Assembly: GCA_934091055.1 (NCBI GenBank)
Contig: CAKOKN010000002.1
Span: 77,446 to 141,445 of the forward strand
DNA length: 64,000 bases
Reading direction: 5' to 3'
From: an uncultured Bacilli bacterium
GTDB taxonomy: Bacteria; Bacillota_I; Bacilli_A; RF39; UBA660
Below the pieces are notes generated by a model that searched no databases, was not told the DNA's origin, and worked only from the letters and a program-made list of their open reading frames with translations. This document shows, in pieces, positions 54,471 through 63,779 of this stretch (its first letter is position 1; each line of letters begins with the position of its first letter). The translations under genes and the position numbers were made by a program.

Positions 54471-56246
54471 ATGAGTAAAATAAAAGTAATGAGTGAACTA
54501 CTATCCAATAAAATAGCAGCAGGAGAAGTAGTAGAAAAAGTAGTATCAATAGTTAAGGAACTAGTGGAAAATTCTGTTGATGCCAAAAGCACTGAAATAA
54601 AAATAGACCTAAAAGAAGCTGGTCTAAGAGAAATAGTAGTTACTGATAATGGTATAGGTATGGATAAAGATGATGCTGTTTTAGCCTTTCAAAGACATGC
54701 CACTAGTAAACTATATACCGATGATGATCTATTTAATATAAACTCTCTAGGTTTCCGTGGTGAGGCCTTACCATCAATCGCTGCAGTATCCGAAGTTCTA
54801 CTAAAGACATCACAAGGCGAAGTAGGAACAGTTGTCCACATCAAAGGTGGAAAAATACTTGAAAATAAACAAGGTGATGCCAGAAAAGGAACACAAATAA
54901 CAGTTACCAATATGTTCTATAATACCCCTGCCAGATTAAAACATCTATCCAGTCCTTATGCTGAACTAGCGGGAGTTACTGAATATGTAAATAAAATGGC
55001 CCTTTCATATCCAAGTATTAAGTTTAGATTAACTAATGATGAAAAAGAACTATTAAATACCGATGGGTCTGGTAATTTACTTAAAGTAATAAAATCAATA
55101 TATGGTCTAGAAATAACTAAAAAGATGCTTGCAATAAATGGCTCTAATGACGACTATGATGTATCAGGTTACATTTCCTTACCTGAAGTAAATAGAGCCT
55201 CAAGAAATCATATGACTGTCCTAGTAAATGGAAGAGTAATAAGAAATCAAGTACTAAATAAAGTAATAAATGACTCTTATTCATCCTTCAAAGAAGATAC
55301 CAGATATCCAATCGTGGTAATTAAAATAGATACTGATCCATCCCTAATTGATGTAAATATTCACCCTTCTAAACAAGATATCAAGTTTAGTAATTTTGAA
55401 GATTTAAAAACACTTATATCAACCCTAATTGTGGATACAATAAAAACAAAATTATTAATACCAAAGATAGAAGTAAAAGAAGAACCACAAGTAAAGTATG
55501 AAAATTTAGCATTAAATTTAGATCGAAATATCATAAATGAACCAAGTGAAGTAAATCCTGATAAAGAAAGATTAACTAATTTAATTAACTTTAACTATGA
55601 ACAAAATAATGAATATGATAAAGAAGAGGAAGAAGAATATATTGAAGAAAGACCTAAAGATACCCTTCCTGAATTATATCCTATTGGACTAGCCTTAGGT
55701 ACATATATAGTATGTGAAAATGAAAGAGGAATCTATCTGATAGATCAGCACGCAGCAGAAGAAAGAATTAATTATGAAAGAAATTCATACTTACTTGCCC
55801 ATCCCAGTGGTAATACCATAACGCCTCTTATTCCTATCATAATAGAACTACCTAATAATGAGTTTATAAAAGTAAAAGAAAATATTGATATTTTAGATAG
55901 TTTAAATATCAAAGTAGAAGAGTTTGGTAGTAATTCATATCGTATTCTATCACATCCTACTTGGTTTACTAAAGGTAGAGAAAAAGAGATAATATCTAAA
56001 ATATTTGAAGATATAACAAATAAAGGTAAAGATTTTAGTTTAGCTAAATTTAATGATAATTTAGCTAAATTAGTAAGTTGTAAAATGAGTATTAAAGCTA
56101 ATACTAGAATAACTAAAGAAGCCCAAGAAGAGATAATTAATAAACTTAGAAAGTGTAATAATCCATTTAATTGTCCTCACGGAAGACCTACTATAATACA
56201 TTTTACTACTTATGAAATAGAAAGAATGTTTAAAAGAGTAGTATAA
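54471..56246 (+). CDS. mutL: DNA mismatch repair protein MutL
   Basis: GHKL ATPase motifs IAAGEVVE, ELVENSVDA, DNGIGM, FRGEALPSI, and the C-terminal endonuclease motif region. GAGGTG favours ATG 54471. Confidence 0.93.
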   Translation: MSKIKVMSELLSNKIAAGEVVEKVVSIVKELVENSVDAKSTEIKIDLKEAGLREIVVTDNGIGMDKDDAVLAFQRHATSKLYTDDDLFNINSLGFRGEALPSIAAVSEVLLKTSQGEVGTVVHIKGGKILENKQGDARKGTQITVTNMFYNTPARLKHLSSPYAELAGVTEYVNKMALSYPSIKFRLTNDEKELLNTDGSGNLLKVIKSIYGLEITKKMLAINGSNDDYDVSGYISLPEVNRASRNHMTVLVNGRVIRNQVLNKVINDSYSSFKEDTRYPIVVIKIDTDPSLIDVNIHPSKQDIKFSNFEDLKTLISTLIVDTIKTKLLIPKIEVKEEPQVKYENLALNLDRNIINEPSEVNPDKERLTNLINFNYEQNNEYDKEEEEEYIEERPKDTLPELYPIGLALGTYIVCENERGIYLIDQHAAEERINYERNSYLLAHPSGNTITPLIPIIIELPNNEFIKVKENIDILDSLNIKVEEFGSNSYRILSHPTWFTKGREKEIISKIFEDITNKGKDFSLAKFNDNLAKLVSCKMSIKANTRITKEAQEEIINKLRKCNNPFNCPHGRPTIIHFTTYEIERMFKRVV

Positions 56247-56332
56247 GTAAGAGCCCAAGGTCTCTTACTTACATAAAAAGCCTCAGGTCTTTTTATGTTA
56301 ATTTAGAGCCTATTATATAGTCTCTAAATTAA
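56244..56332 (+). repeat. three-hairpin intergenic element, locus 4 (all three units intact)
   Basis: TAAGTAAGAG-cccaaggt-CTCTTACTTA (56244-56271), CATAAAAAG-cctcaggt-CTTTTTATG (56272-56297), stem TTAATTTAGAG / CTCTAAATTAA around cctattatatagt (56298-56332). Confidence 0.7.
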
Positions 56333-56371
56333 AAAATATTTATATTGCAAAGAAGAATATTCATATAAGAC

Positions 56372-56402
56372 AAAGACAAGAATCAAATAATCTTGTCTTT
56401 TT
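56372..56402 (+). terminator. intrinsic terminator upstream of miaA
   Basis: AAAGACAAGA-ATCAAATAA-TCTTGTCTTT followed by TT. Confidence 0.7.
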
Positions 56403-56444
56403 ATATTATCTATGATATATTAATCTTACAAAAAGGAGTAATCT

Positions 56445-57332
56445 ATGAATAAAGTAATTGTTATAACGGGACCTACAGCGGTAGGTAAAACTAAATTGAG
56501 TATAGAATTAGCTAAAAGATATAATGGTGAAATAATAAATGCTGATGCTGTCCAAGTATATAAAGGATTAGATATCGGAAGTGCTAAAGTAACTGAAGAA
56601 GAAAAAGAAGGTATTCCACATCATCTATTTGATATTAAAGAAGTAGATGAAGAATATACAATTTATCATTATCAAAAAGATTGTCGTAAATTAATTAAAG
56701 AAGTCCAGGATAGAGGAAAAACTCCCATTCTAGTGGGAGGTACAGGTCTATATATAAAAGCGGCTCTCTATGATTATAAATTAACTGAAGAAAAAGAAAC
56801 TAATACTTATGATAATCTAACTGATGAAGAATTATATAATAAACTATTAGAACTAGATAAAAACATAGTAATAGATAAAAATAATCGTCGTAGATTAATA
56901 AGAGCTATTAACTACTATAAAGAAAATAATAAGTCTATTAATACTAATACTACTAATAAATTACTATATGATGCTATATTTATTGGTTTAACAACTGATA
57001 GAGGAATATTATATGATAAAATAAATAATAGAGTGGATATTATGATTAAAGAAGGTTTACTTGATGAAGTAAAAGCTTTTTATGATAAAGGTATTAGAAC
57101 TAAACCACTACTTAATGCCATTGGTTATAGGGAAATATATTCATACTTTGATGGTAATATATCTCTTGAAGAAGCCATAGATAAAATAAAACAAAATTCA
57201 AGACATTATGCCAAAAGACAATATACATTCTTTAACCATCAACTACCAATAGTATGGTTTGAAACAGATTACAATAACTTTAATAATACAATTAAAGAAG
57301 TTGAAGAGTATATAAAGAATAGTTCAAATTAA
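56445..57332 (+). CDS. miaA: tRNA dimethylallyltransferase
   Basis: P-loop ITGPTAVGKT, VGGTGLY motif. Confidence 0.92.
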   Translation: MNKVIVITGPTAVGKTKLSIELAKRYNGEIINADAVQVYKGLDIGSAKVTEEEKEGIPHHLFDIKEVDEEYTIYHYQKDCRKLIKEVQDRGKTPILVGGTGLYIKAALYDYKLTEEKETNTYDNLTDEELYNKLLELDKNIVIDKNNRRRLIRAINYYKENNKSINTNTTNKLLYDAIFIGLTTDRGILYDKINNRVDIMIKEGLLDEVKAFYDKGIRTKPLLNAIGYREIYSYFDGNISLEEAIDKIKQNSRHYAKRQYTFFNHQLPIVWFETDYNNFNNTIKEVEEYIKNSSN

Positions 57333-57346
57333 TCTTGAACTATTCT
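57317..57346. terminator. bidirectional terminator shared by convergent miaA and gpsA
   Basis: AGAATAGTTCAA-ATTAAT-CTTGAACTATTCT. The arms encode the last codons of both genes; a T run follows. Confidence 0.6.
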
Positions 57347-58311
57347 TTTTCTATAAGAAACTTAGTTAAATTACTAGGTTCTTTTTTATTTATAATAATA
57401 TCATAAATAAGATCAATAATAGGCATCTCTATATTTTTATTATTTAATAATTTTCTAATAGATTTTAAAGTATATAATCCTTCAATAGTATTATTATTAA
57501 TATAGTAATCAATCTCTTCAGCACTCTTTCCTTCACCAATCAACTTACCTAAAGTGTAATTTCTACTTTTAACTGAAGTACAAGTAAGTAATAAATCTTC
57601 AAAACCCGCGAATGAAAGAATTGTCATTTTATTACCACCAAGTGCATTTATCAAGTTTTTAATATCGTGAAGTGACTCTGTAATTAGCATAGCACTGGTA
57701 GAATCAGGATATCCCATACCAGTAATCATACCTGAAGCTATAGCTATAACATTCTTTATAGCTCCACATAGTTCTGTACCAACAATATCATCAGTAGGTC
57801 TTAACTTCACATAATAATTATGCATAGCCTTCATTACTATTTCTTTTGTTTTATCATTATCAGTAGCTAAGCTAAGTCCTATAGGTACTTTCTTAACTAT
57901 ATCAACTGCAAAGGTACCACCAGATATAACAGCAATTTTATTAGTATTAATATTCTTTTTAACTACATCATATAAAAATAAACAAGTATTTTGTTCTATT
58001 CCTTTTGAGGCGATACATATTGTTTGCTTATTATCATAGTATTTAGCAAGCTCTCTACTAACATTATCCACAAACTTCGCAGGAACTACCATAACTATAA
58101 TATCACAGTTAGAAGTAGCTTCTTTCATATCATTAGTAATACAAATATCTTTAGGTAATTCATAATCTATCTTTGGACTTTTTCTATCATTAATTAAAAG
58201 ATTTTTCTCTTCTTCACTATTAGTCCACATCTTTATAGAACAATTATTATTATAAAAGATACTAGCAAGTGCTATACCATAAGCTCCTGTTCCTAATATA
58301 CATATTTTCAT
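57340..58311 (-). CDS. gpsA: NAD(P)H-dependent glycerol-3-phosphate dehydrogenase
   Basis: N-terminal ILGTGAYGIALA Rossmann motif and the conserved GAIKNVIAIA segment. Confidence 0.9.
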   Translation of the reverse strand: MKICILGTGAYGIALASIFYNNNCSIKMWTNSEEEKNLLINDRKSPKIDYELPKDICITNDMKEATSNCDIIVMVVPAKFVDNVSRELAKYYDNKQTICIASKGIEQNTCLFLYDVVKKNINTNKIAVISGGTFAVDIVKKVPIGLSLATDNDKTKEIVMKAMHNYYVKLRPTDDIVGTELCGAIKNVIAIASGMITGMGYPDSTSAMLITESLHDIKNLINALGGNKMTILSFAGFEDLLLTCTSVKSRNYTLGKLIGEGKSAEEIDYYINNNTIEGLYTLKSIRKLLNNKNIEMPIIDLIYDIIINKKEPSNLTKFLIEKE

Positions 58312-58625
58312 TTAATTATCATCTTCTTTCCTGTTTCAATATTAAAGTAATCTCTAGGCGTTTCAAATACTTTTCTAACACCTTTTTTAGGAAGTATAAC
58401 TTTATTTTTACTTAAATCTTTATAATAATACAAAATAGTATTATCTTTATCACACATAATAACATCAATATTTTCTTTCATAAAAAAAGTATGAATACTA
58501 TTACATCTATCAAATAAAATAGCGTAATTAATATTTCTTTTAAACATAAATCCTCTTAATCTAGAAAAGAAACTCTTACATTCTATAAGTTTTAATTCTC
58601 TTTTACCATCAGATAATATCATCAT
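58308..58625 (-). CDS. DUF192-family protein
   Basis: FSRLRGFMF and DVIMCDKDN patterns typical of DUF192/COG1430; overlaps the gpsA start. Confidence 0.55.
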   Translation of the reverse strand: MMILSDGKRELKLIECKSFFSRLRGFMFKRNINYAILFDRCNSIHTFFMKENIDVIMCDKDNTILYYYKDLSKNKVILPKKGVRKVFETPRDYFNIETGKKMIIK

Positions 58626-58755
58626 ACCACCTTAAACTAATTATATAAGAAAAAGATTAAAATATCAACAACAAAATCTTCTAAAAACACTACTTAAATA
58701 AAATATTTACATTTATAAATAATAATAGTATAATTTTAACTGAAAGGAAGATATT

Positions 58756-59526
58756 ATGTCTATTGAAAAAACAAAAGATACTTTAATTCCTATTATCGAA
58801 GAGTATATAAGTATTATCAAAAAAGAATTTCCTAATTTAGTAAGTATTCCTAAATATCAAAATTTAAATGATTTAGTTCATATTACTAACACTAATACCG
58901 TATCATTATTTATTCGTAACAATAATTTTTATTTTCCATTAGATGCTTTTTATGTATTAGAAAAATATAAAAGTATACCAGAATATGGTAGTAATCCAAA
59001 CTATCAATTAAGTAGTGCTATTATTAATAATAATACATTTGAGGACTATATAAAGAGTGTAATATTAAGAGGTTTAACTCCTTTAGAATATTTTAAAGAT
59101 AGTCTTCTTCACGAGACCCTTCACTTTTGTGGTAGTGGAGGAGCATCTTCTATAAGGGAAGGAATAAATGAATTAGAAACAAGATTGTTAGCTAAAAAAT
59201 ATAATTTACACACAACTTACTGTGGATATCCTAAAGAAACTAAGATAGCTAAAGAACTATTAGATATGTTCGGAAGAGATGTAATAGATAAATTAGCTTT
59301 CCATCATTATAAAGGAATACCAGATGAAATATTAAATTTTATAGCATCACTTGAAGATGTTATGGAGAAAGAATTTCAAGAAAAGTATTATAAATATAAT
59401 TCTCCTGGTATAAATGGTCCTATTGAAAAAGCAAGAAGATATGCTGATATAGATTATAGTAGTGCATATGAATTACTTAATAAATACAAACAAAATAGTT
59501 ATCTTGAAAAAAAGCATCATTTATGA
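58756..59526 (+). CDS. hypothetical protein with an HExxH motif
   Basis: LLHETLHFCGSGG is a candidate zinc-metallopeptidase motif. No family recognised. Confidence 0.45.
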   Translation: MSIEKTKDTLIPIIEEYISIIKKEFPNLVSIPKYQNLNDLVHITNTNTVSLFIRNNNFYFPLDAFYVLEKYKSIPEYGSNPNYQLSSAIINNNTFEDYIKSVILRGLTPLEYFKDSLLHETLHFCGSGGASSIREGINELETRLLAKKYNLHTTYCGYPKETKIAKELLDMFGRDVIDKLAFHHYKGIPDEILNFIASLEDVMEKEFQEKYYKYNSPGINGPIEKARRYADIDYSSAYELLNKYKQNSYLEKKHHL

Positions 59527-59550
59527 TAGTATATATTTGGAGGAAGCAAA

Positions 59551-60090
59551 ATGAATAAAAAAGGTTTTACATTAATAGAGTTACTTGCTGTAATAGTAGT
59601 ACTAGGATTAGTTCTAATAATAAGTGTTCCAAATCTTACTGATGTATATAAAAATAGTAAGTTAAAGACAGAAGAAATATTTATAGATAAGTTATCAAAA
59701 AAAATTGAAGAATATATAGACTTTAATAAGGATACTTTGTCTTTTGAAAATGGACCTGTTATAAAAACTAAAAAAGTACCAAATTCTGAATCAACCGAAG
59801 TGACTGTATCTGTATGGAGTGAGAATATAACTTTTCAAAAATTATTAGACAGTAAACTAGTTACTAAAGGAGATTTTATTGATCCGAATACTAAGAAAAA
59901 TTGTTCTGAAGGTAATGGTACTACTGAAGGTAAAGGTATTATTGAAGTATATAAAGATACTGATTATGTTTATTGTTTTGTAGTAAGAAAAAAAAGCTTT
60001 AATATAGGAGAAACATCTTGCTTAAGTGATGACTATCTAAATAAATATACAATGGGTGATGAAATAATAAACACTTGCCCTTGGGACTAA
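59551..60090 (+). CDS. type IV pilin/pseudopilin (prepilin N-terminal methylation motif)
   Basis: MNKKGFTLIELLAVIVVLGL class III signal; C-terminal Cys pairs. Confidence 0.75.
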   Translation: MNKKGFTLIELLAVIVVLGLVLIISVPNLTDVYKNSKLKTEEIFIDKLSKKIEEYIDFNKDTLSFENGPVIKTKKVPNSESTEVTVSVWSENITFQKLLDSKLVTKGDFIDPNTKKNCSEGNGTTEGKGIIEVYKDTDYVYCFVVRKKSFNIGETSCLSDDYLNKYTMGDEIINTCPWD

Positions 60091-60105
60091 TAAAAGGAGG
60101 CCATA

Positions 60106-60549
60106 ATGATACTAATATTATCACTTATTTTTCTTATTGTTGATCAAATATCAAAAATATTAGTTGTGAAATTTCTTGATTTAAATAGTGTAACTCTAAT
60201 TAAAAACTTTTTTTATTTAACATATACAAACAATACCGGAGCAGCCTTTAGTATACTAACTGATAAAAGAATATTCTTAGTATTAGTAGGTATCATAATA
60301 ATTATTTTACTTATTTACTACTTAAAAAAACATCAAATAAAAAATACTATAAATAAAATAGCATTTGCTTTAGTAATTGGAGGTTCAATAGGTAACTTAA
60401 TAGATAGAATAATAAGAGGTAGTGTAGTAGACTTTATTGACATAAAAATATTTAGTTATAATTTTCCTATCTTCAATTTAGCAGATACTTTTATAACTAT
60501 AGGAGTTTTATTACTATTAATAAACATAAATAAGGAGGAGACAAAATGA
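60106..60549 (+). CDS. lspA: lipoprotein signal peptidase II
   Basis: NTGAAFS and FNLADTFITIG catalytic Asp motifs. Confidence 0.88.
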   Translation: MILILSLIFLIVDQISKILVVKFLDLNSVTLIKNFFYLTYTNNTGAAFSILTDKRIFLVLVGIIIIILLIYYLKKHQIKNTINKIAFALVIGGSIGNLIDRIIRGSVVDFIDIKIFSYNFPIFNLADTFITIGVLLLLININKEETK

Positions 60550-61442
60550 TAATAGAAGAAAAAGACATTGGAAAAAGAATAGATAAGTTTCTAACTGAAG
60601 AAACAGAATACACAAGAAGTAAAATACAAAAAATGTTAGAAGATGGTTACATATTAGTAAATAATTCTAAAGTAAAGACAAGTTATCAGTTAAAAGAACA
60701 AGACAATATAACTATCGAAGATTATGAAGAAACAACTGATATATTACCTGAGAATATACCTTTAGATATCTACTATGAAGATGATGATTTGATCGTAGTA
60801 AATAAACCAAGTGGTATGGTAGTTCATCCTGCCCCAGGTAATTATACTGGTACCCTTGTTAATGCTCTTCTATATCATACTAATAATTTAAGCACAGTAA
60901 ATACCAATATTAGACCAGGTATAGTACATAGAATAGATGCTGATACATCAGGATTACTTCTTGTTGCTAAAAATGATAAAGCTCATAACATATTAGCAGA
61001 AGCTATTCAAAAAAAAGAAGTAGTACGTGAATATATTGCTTTAGTCGAAGGTGTAATAAAGGAAGACACTGCAACTATAGATGCTCCAATAGGAAGAGAT
61101 GTTAATAATCGTAAAAAAATGTGTGTAACAGCAACTAATTCTAAAGAAGCAGTAACTCACATAAGAGTATTAGAAAGATTAAGCAGTTCTACTTTAATCA
61201 AATGTAAGTTAGAAACAGGTAGAACCCATCAAATAAGAGTACACTTAAATTATATAGGACATCCAGTAGCCAATGACCCAGTATATGGAAACAAAAAGTT
61301 AATAGATGAAGAATTTGGTCAAATGCTTCACGCTGAAAAGCTAGGCTTTATTCATCCTACTACAAAAGAATATATGGAGTTTACTGCCCCTGTTCCTAAA
61401 AGATTTAGTGAAATATTAGAAATATATCGTAACAAAAAATAA
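60546..61442 (+). CDS. rluD: 23S rRNA pseudouridine synthase RluD family
   Basis: S4 domain, then the catalytic HRIDADTSGLLLVAK and GRTHQIRVH motifs. Confidence 0.9.
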   Translation: MIIEEKDIGKRIDKFLTEETEYTRSKIQKMLEDGYILVNNSKVKTSYQLKEQDNITIEDYEETTDILPENIPLDIYYEDDDLIVVNKPSGMVVHPAPGNYTGTLVNALLYHTNNLSTVNTNIRPGIVHRIDADTSGLLLVAKNDKAHNILAEAIQKKEVVREYIALVEGVIKEDTATIDAPIGRDVNNRKKMCVTATNSKEAVTHIRVLERLSSSTLIKCKLETGRTHQIRVHLNYIGHPVANDPVYGNKKLIDEEFGQMLHAEKLGFIHPTTKEYMEFTAPVPKRFSEILEIYRNKK

Positions 61443-61443
61443 T

Positions 61444-61474
61444 GAATAAGAATCTCAAATAGTATTCATAATGA
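61444..61474 (+). promoter_or_regulatory. possible forespore (sigma F/G-type) promoter of sigG
   Basis: GAATA 61444-61448, 18-nt spacer, CATAATGA 61467-61474. Confidence 0.35.
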
Positions 61475-61495
61475 ATATGAAAGGAGATTTTTATT

Positions 61496-62266
61496 ATGTC
61501 ACGCCATAAAGTAGAAATAACTGGTGTGAATACTGCGAATATAAAAGTTCTGACTAGTGAAGAAACAATAGAATTATTTAATAAAATGAAAAACAATGAT
61601 CCGTTTGCCAGAGAGGATTTAATAAATGGTAATCTAAAATTAGTTTTAAGTATCTTAAAAAAATTTAGTGGTAAAGTAGATAATTTAGATGATTTATTTC
61701 AAGTAGGATGTTTAGGACTTGTAAAAGCCATAGATAACTTTGATACATCATATAATGTAAAGTTATCAACATATGCCTGTCCAATGATTGAAGGAGAAAT
61801 AAAAAGATATTTAAGAGATAATAATGCTATTAGAATATCTAGAAGTATTAAAGATTTAGCATATAAAACACTAAGATTAAAAGAAGAATTATCAGTAAAT
61901 GGAATAGAACCCTCTAATAAAGTAATAGCGGACCAATTAAAAGTTTCTGAATATGATATAGTAGTAGCATTAGAATCCTTAAGAGAACCTGTTAGTATGT
62001 ATGAGCCAATATACAATGATGGAGGAGACACAATCTACTTATATGATCAAATATCTAACAAAGAAGAAGAATATGGATTAGATAGTAAATTAGCATTAGA
62101 TAAAGCAATGAAAGAATTAAAACCTCGTGAAAAAAACATTCTAAAAGAAAGATTTATTATAGGAAAAACACAAATGGAAATAGCAGAAGAATTAGGAATA
62201 TCACAAGCTCAAATATCAAGAATAGAGAAAAATGCTATAAATAATATTAAAAAGTATGTAAAATGA
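61496..62266 (+). CDS. sigG: sporulation sigma factor SigG
   Basis: MSRHKVEITGVNT...LINGNLKLVLSI...DDLFQVGCLGLVKAIDNFD...YLRDNNAIRISRS is nearly colinear with Bacillus subtilis SigG, as recalled from memory. Confidence 0.85.
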   Translation: MSRHKVEITGVNTANIKVLTSEETIELFNKMKNNDPFAREDLINGNLKLVLSILKKFSGKVDNLDDLFQVGCLGLVKAIDNFDTSYNVKLSTYACPMIEGEIKRYLRDNNAIRISRSIKDLAYKTLRLKEELSVNGIEPSNKVIADQLKVSEYDIVVALESLREPVSMYEPIYNDGGDTIYLYDQISNKEEEYGLDSKLALDKAMKELKPREKNILKERFIIGKTQMEIAEELGISQAQISRIEKNAINNIKKYVK

Positions 62267-62314
62267 CTAGAAAAATAAGTTAAAAACCTATATAATATAG
62301 TATAGGTGGTTTAA

Positions 62315-63448
62315 ATGATAGAAAGAATATTAGAAAAATTTAACATTGAAGGAAAGTTAGTAGATGTTAAAGTAAATAATTCAGGTAATATAAATAACAC
62401 TTATGTTGCTACTTTTGAAAAAGAAGATGGTACTTCTAAAAAGTACCTTATTCAAAAAATAAATACTACGGTTTTCACAGAACCCTATAAACTAATGAAA
62501 AATATAGAAGGAGTAACTAGTTACTTGAAAAAACAAATGATAAAAGAAGGAGATAATAGTCATCAAGTTCTTGAAGTAATAAAAACTAAAGATAATAAGT
62601 CATTATGTTATATTGAAGATGCTGGTGAAAGAGATTATTATCGTATCTATGAGTTTATTGAAAACTCTATATCATATGACTGCTCTACTGATCCAGATAT
62701 AGTATATAATACAGGAAGAGCATTTGGCAATTTTCAAAAACTATTAAGAAATTACCCTATGAATAGACTTACTGAAACAATAAAAGATTTTCATAGTACA
62801 GATAAAAGATATCAAAAACTAATCGAAGACATTAAGATAGATTCTGAGGGTAGAGTAATGGAAGTAGCCCCAGAAATAGTATTCATTTTAATGCGTGAAG
62901 ACCTATATTCATTAATTACTGAAGAATTAGGAACAGATGAAGTTCCATATCGTGTTACTCATAATGACACTAAAGTAAATAATGTTATGATGAATCAAAA
63001 AACAGGAGACTTTCTCGCAGTCATCGATCTAGATACGGTTATGCCAGGTAGCCTACTATTTGATTATGGTGATGGAGTAAGATCAACAGCTTCAAGTGCT
63101 AAAGAAGATGAAAAAGACTTAAGTAAAGTAAATATCAATCTAGAATTATTTAAAGCTTACACTGATGGATACCTAAAAGAAATGGCTCCATATATGACTT
63201 ATGAAGAAGTATCACTTATGGGAGAGTCAATTAGAATAATAACATTAGAGTTAGCTATAAGATTTTTAAATGACTATATCAATGGAGATACTTACTTTAA
63301 AACTAGTTATGAAAAACATAATCTAGATAGAGCTAGAAACCAATTAGCATTAGTAAAAGATATAGAAAATAAGTTAGAATATATAAATAGTTTCATAAAT
63401 GAAAGTTACAAAAAGAACAAATCTCCAAGAAGAGTACTAAAAAGATAG
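62315..63448 (+). CDS. APH/choline-kinase-fold phosphotransferase (N-acetylhexosamine-kinase-like)
   Basis: Brenner motif VTHNDTKVNNVM and metal-binding VIDLDTV. Confidence 0.6.
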   Translation: MIERILEKFNIEGKLVDVKVNNSGNINNTYVATFEKEDGTSKKYLIQKINTTVFTEPYKLMKNIEGVTSYLKKQMIKEGDNSHQVLEVIKTKDNKSLCYIEDAGERDYYRIYEFIENSISYDCSTDPDIVYNTGRAFGNFQKLLRNYPMNRLTETIKDFHSTDKRYQKLIEDIKIDSEGRVMEVAPEIVFILMREDLYSLITEELGTDEVPYRVTHNDTKVNNVMMNQKTGDFLAVIDLDTVMPGSLLFDYGDGVRSTASSAKEDEKDLSKVNINLELFKAYTDGYLKEMAPYMTYEEVSLMGESIRIITLELAIRFLNDYINGDTYFKTSYEKHNLDRARNQLALVKDIENKLEYINSFINESYKKNKSPRRVLKR

Positions 63449-63491
63449 TATTCTTTTTTTATTTTAAACATAAACTTTTATAGGTGATAGT

Positions 63492-63728
63492 ATGCGATTA
63501 TCAGATCTTCAAACTAAAGAAATAATTAATATGACTACTGGTAAAAGATTGGGTCTTATTATTGATGTAATAATAGATAGTAATGGAAATATAAAATCTC
63601 TAATTCTTGAAGAAAAAAGAGGTAAAAGATTTTCTAATAGAGAGGAATATGAATTAGATTGGAAGCAAATATCTAAAATAGGTGATGATATAATTTTAGT
63701 AAAGGATAAATATCAAATAGAAAAGTAA
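63492..63728 (+). CDS. ylmC: YlmC/YmxH-family sporulation protein (PRC barrel)
   Basis: MRLSDLQTKEIINMTTGKRLG...IDSNGNIKSLIL, typical of YlmC/YmxH. Confidence 0.8.
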   Translation: MRLSDLQTKEIINMTTGKRLGLIIDVIIDSNGNIKSLILEEKRGKRFSNREEYELDWKQISKIGDDIILVKDKYQIEK

Positions 63729-63779
63729 AACTACTTGTATAAAAAAAAGAATTATTATATAATGTTTATAGGTGGTACA

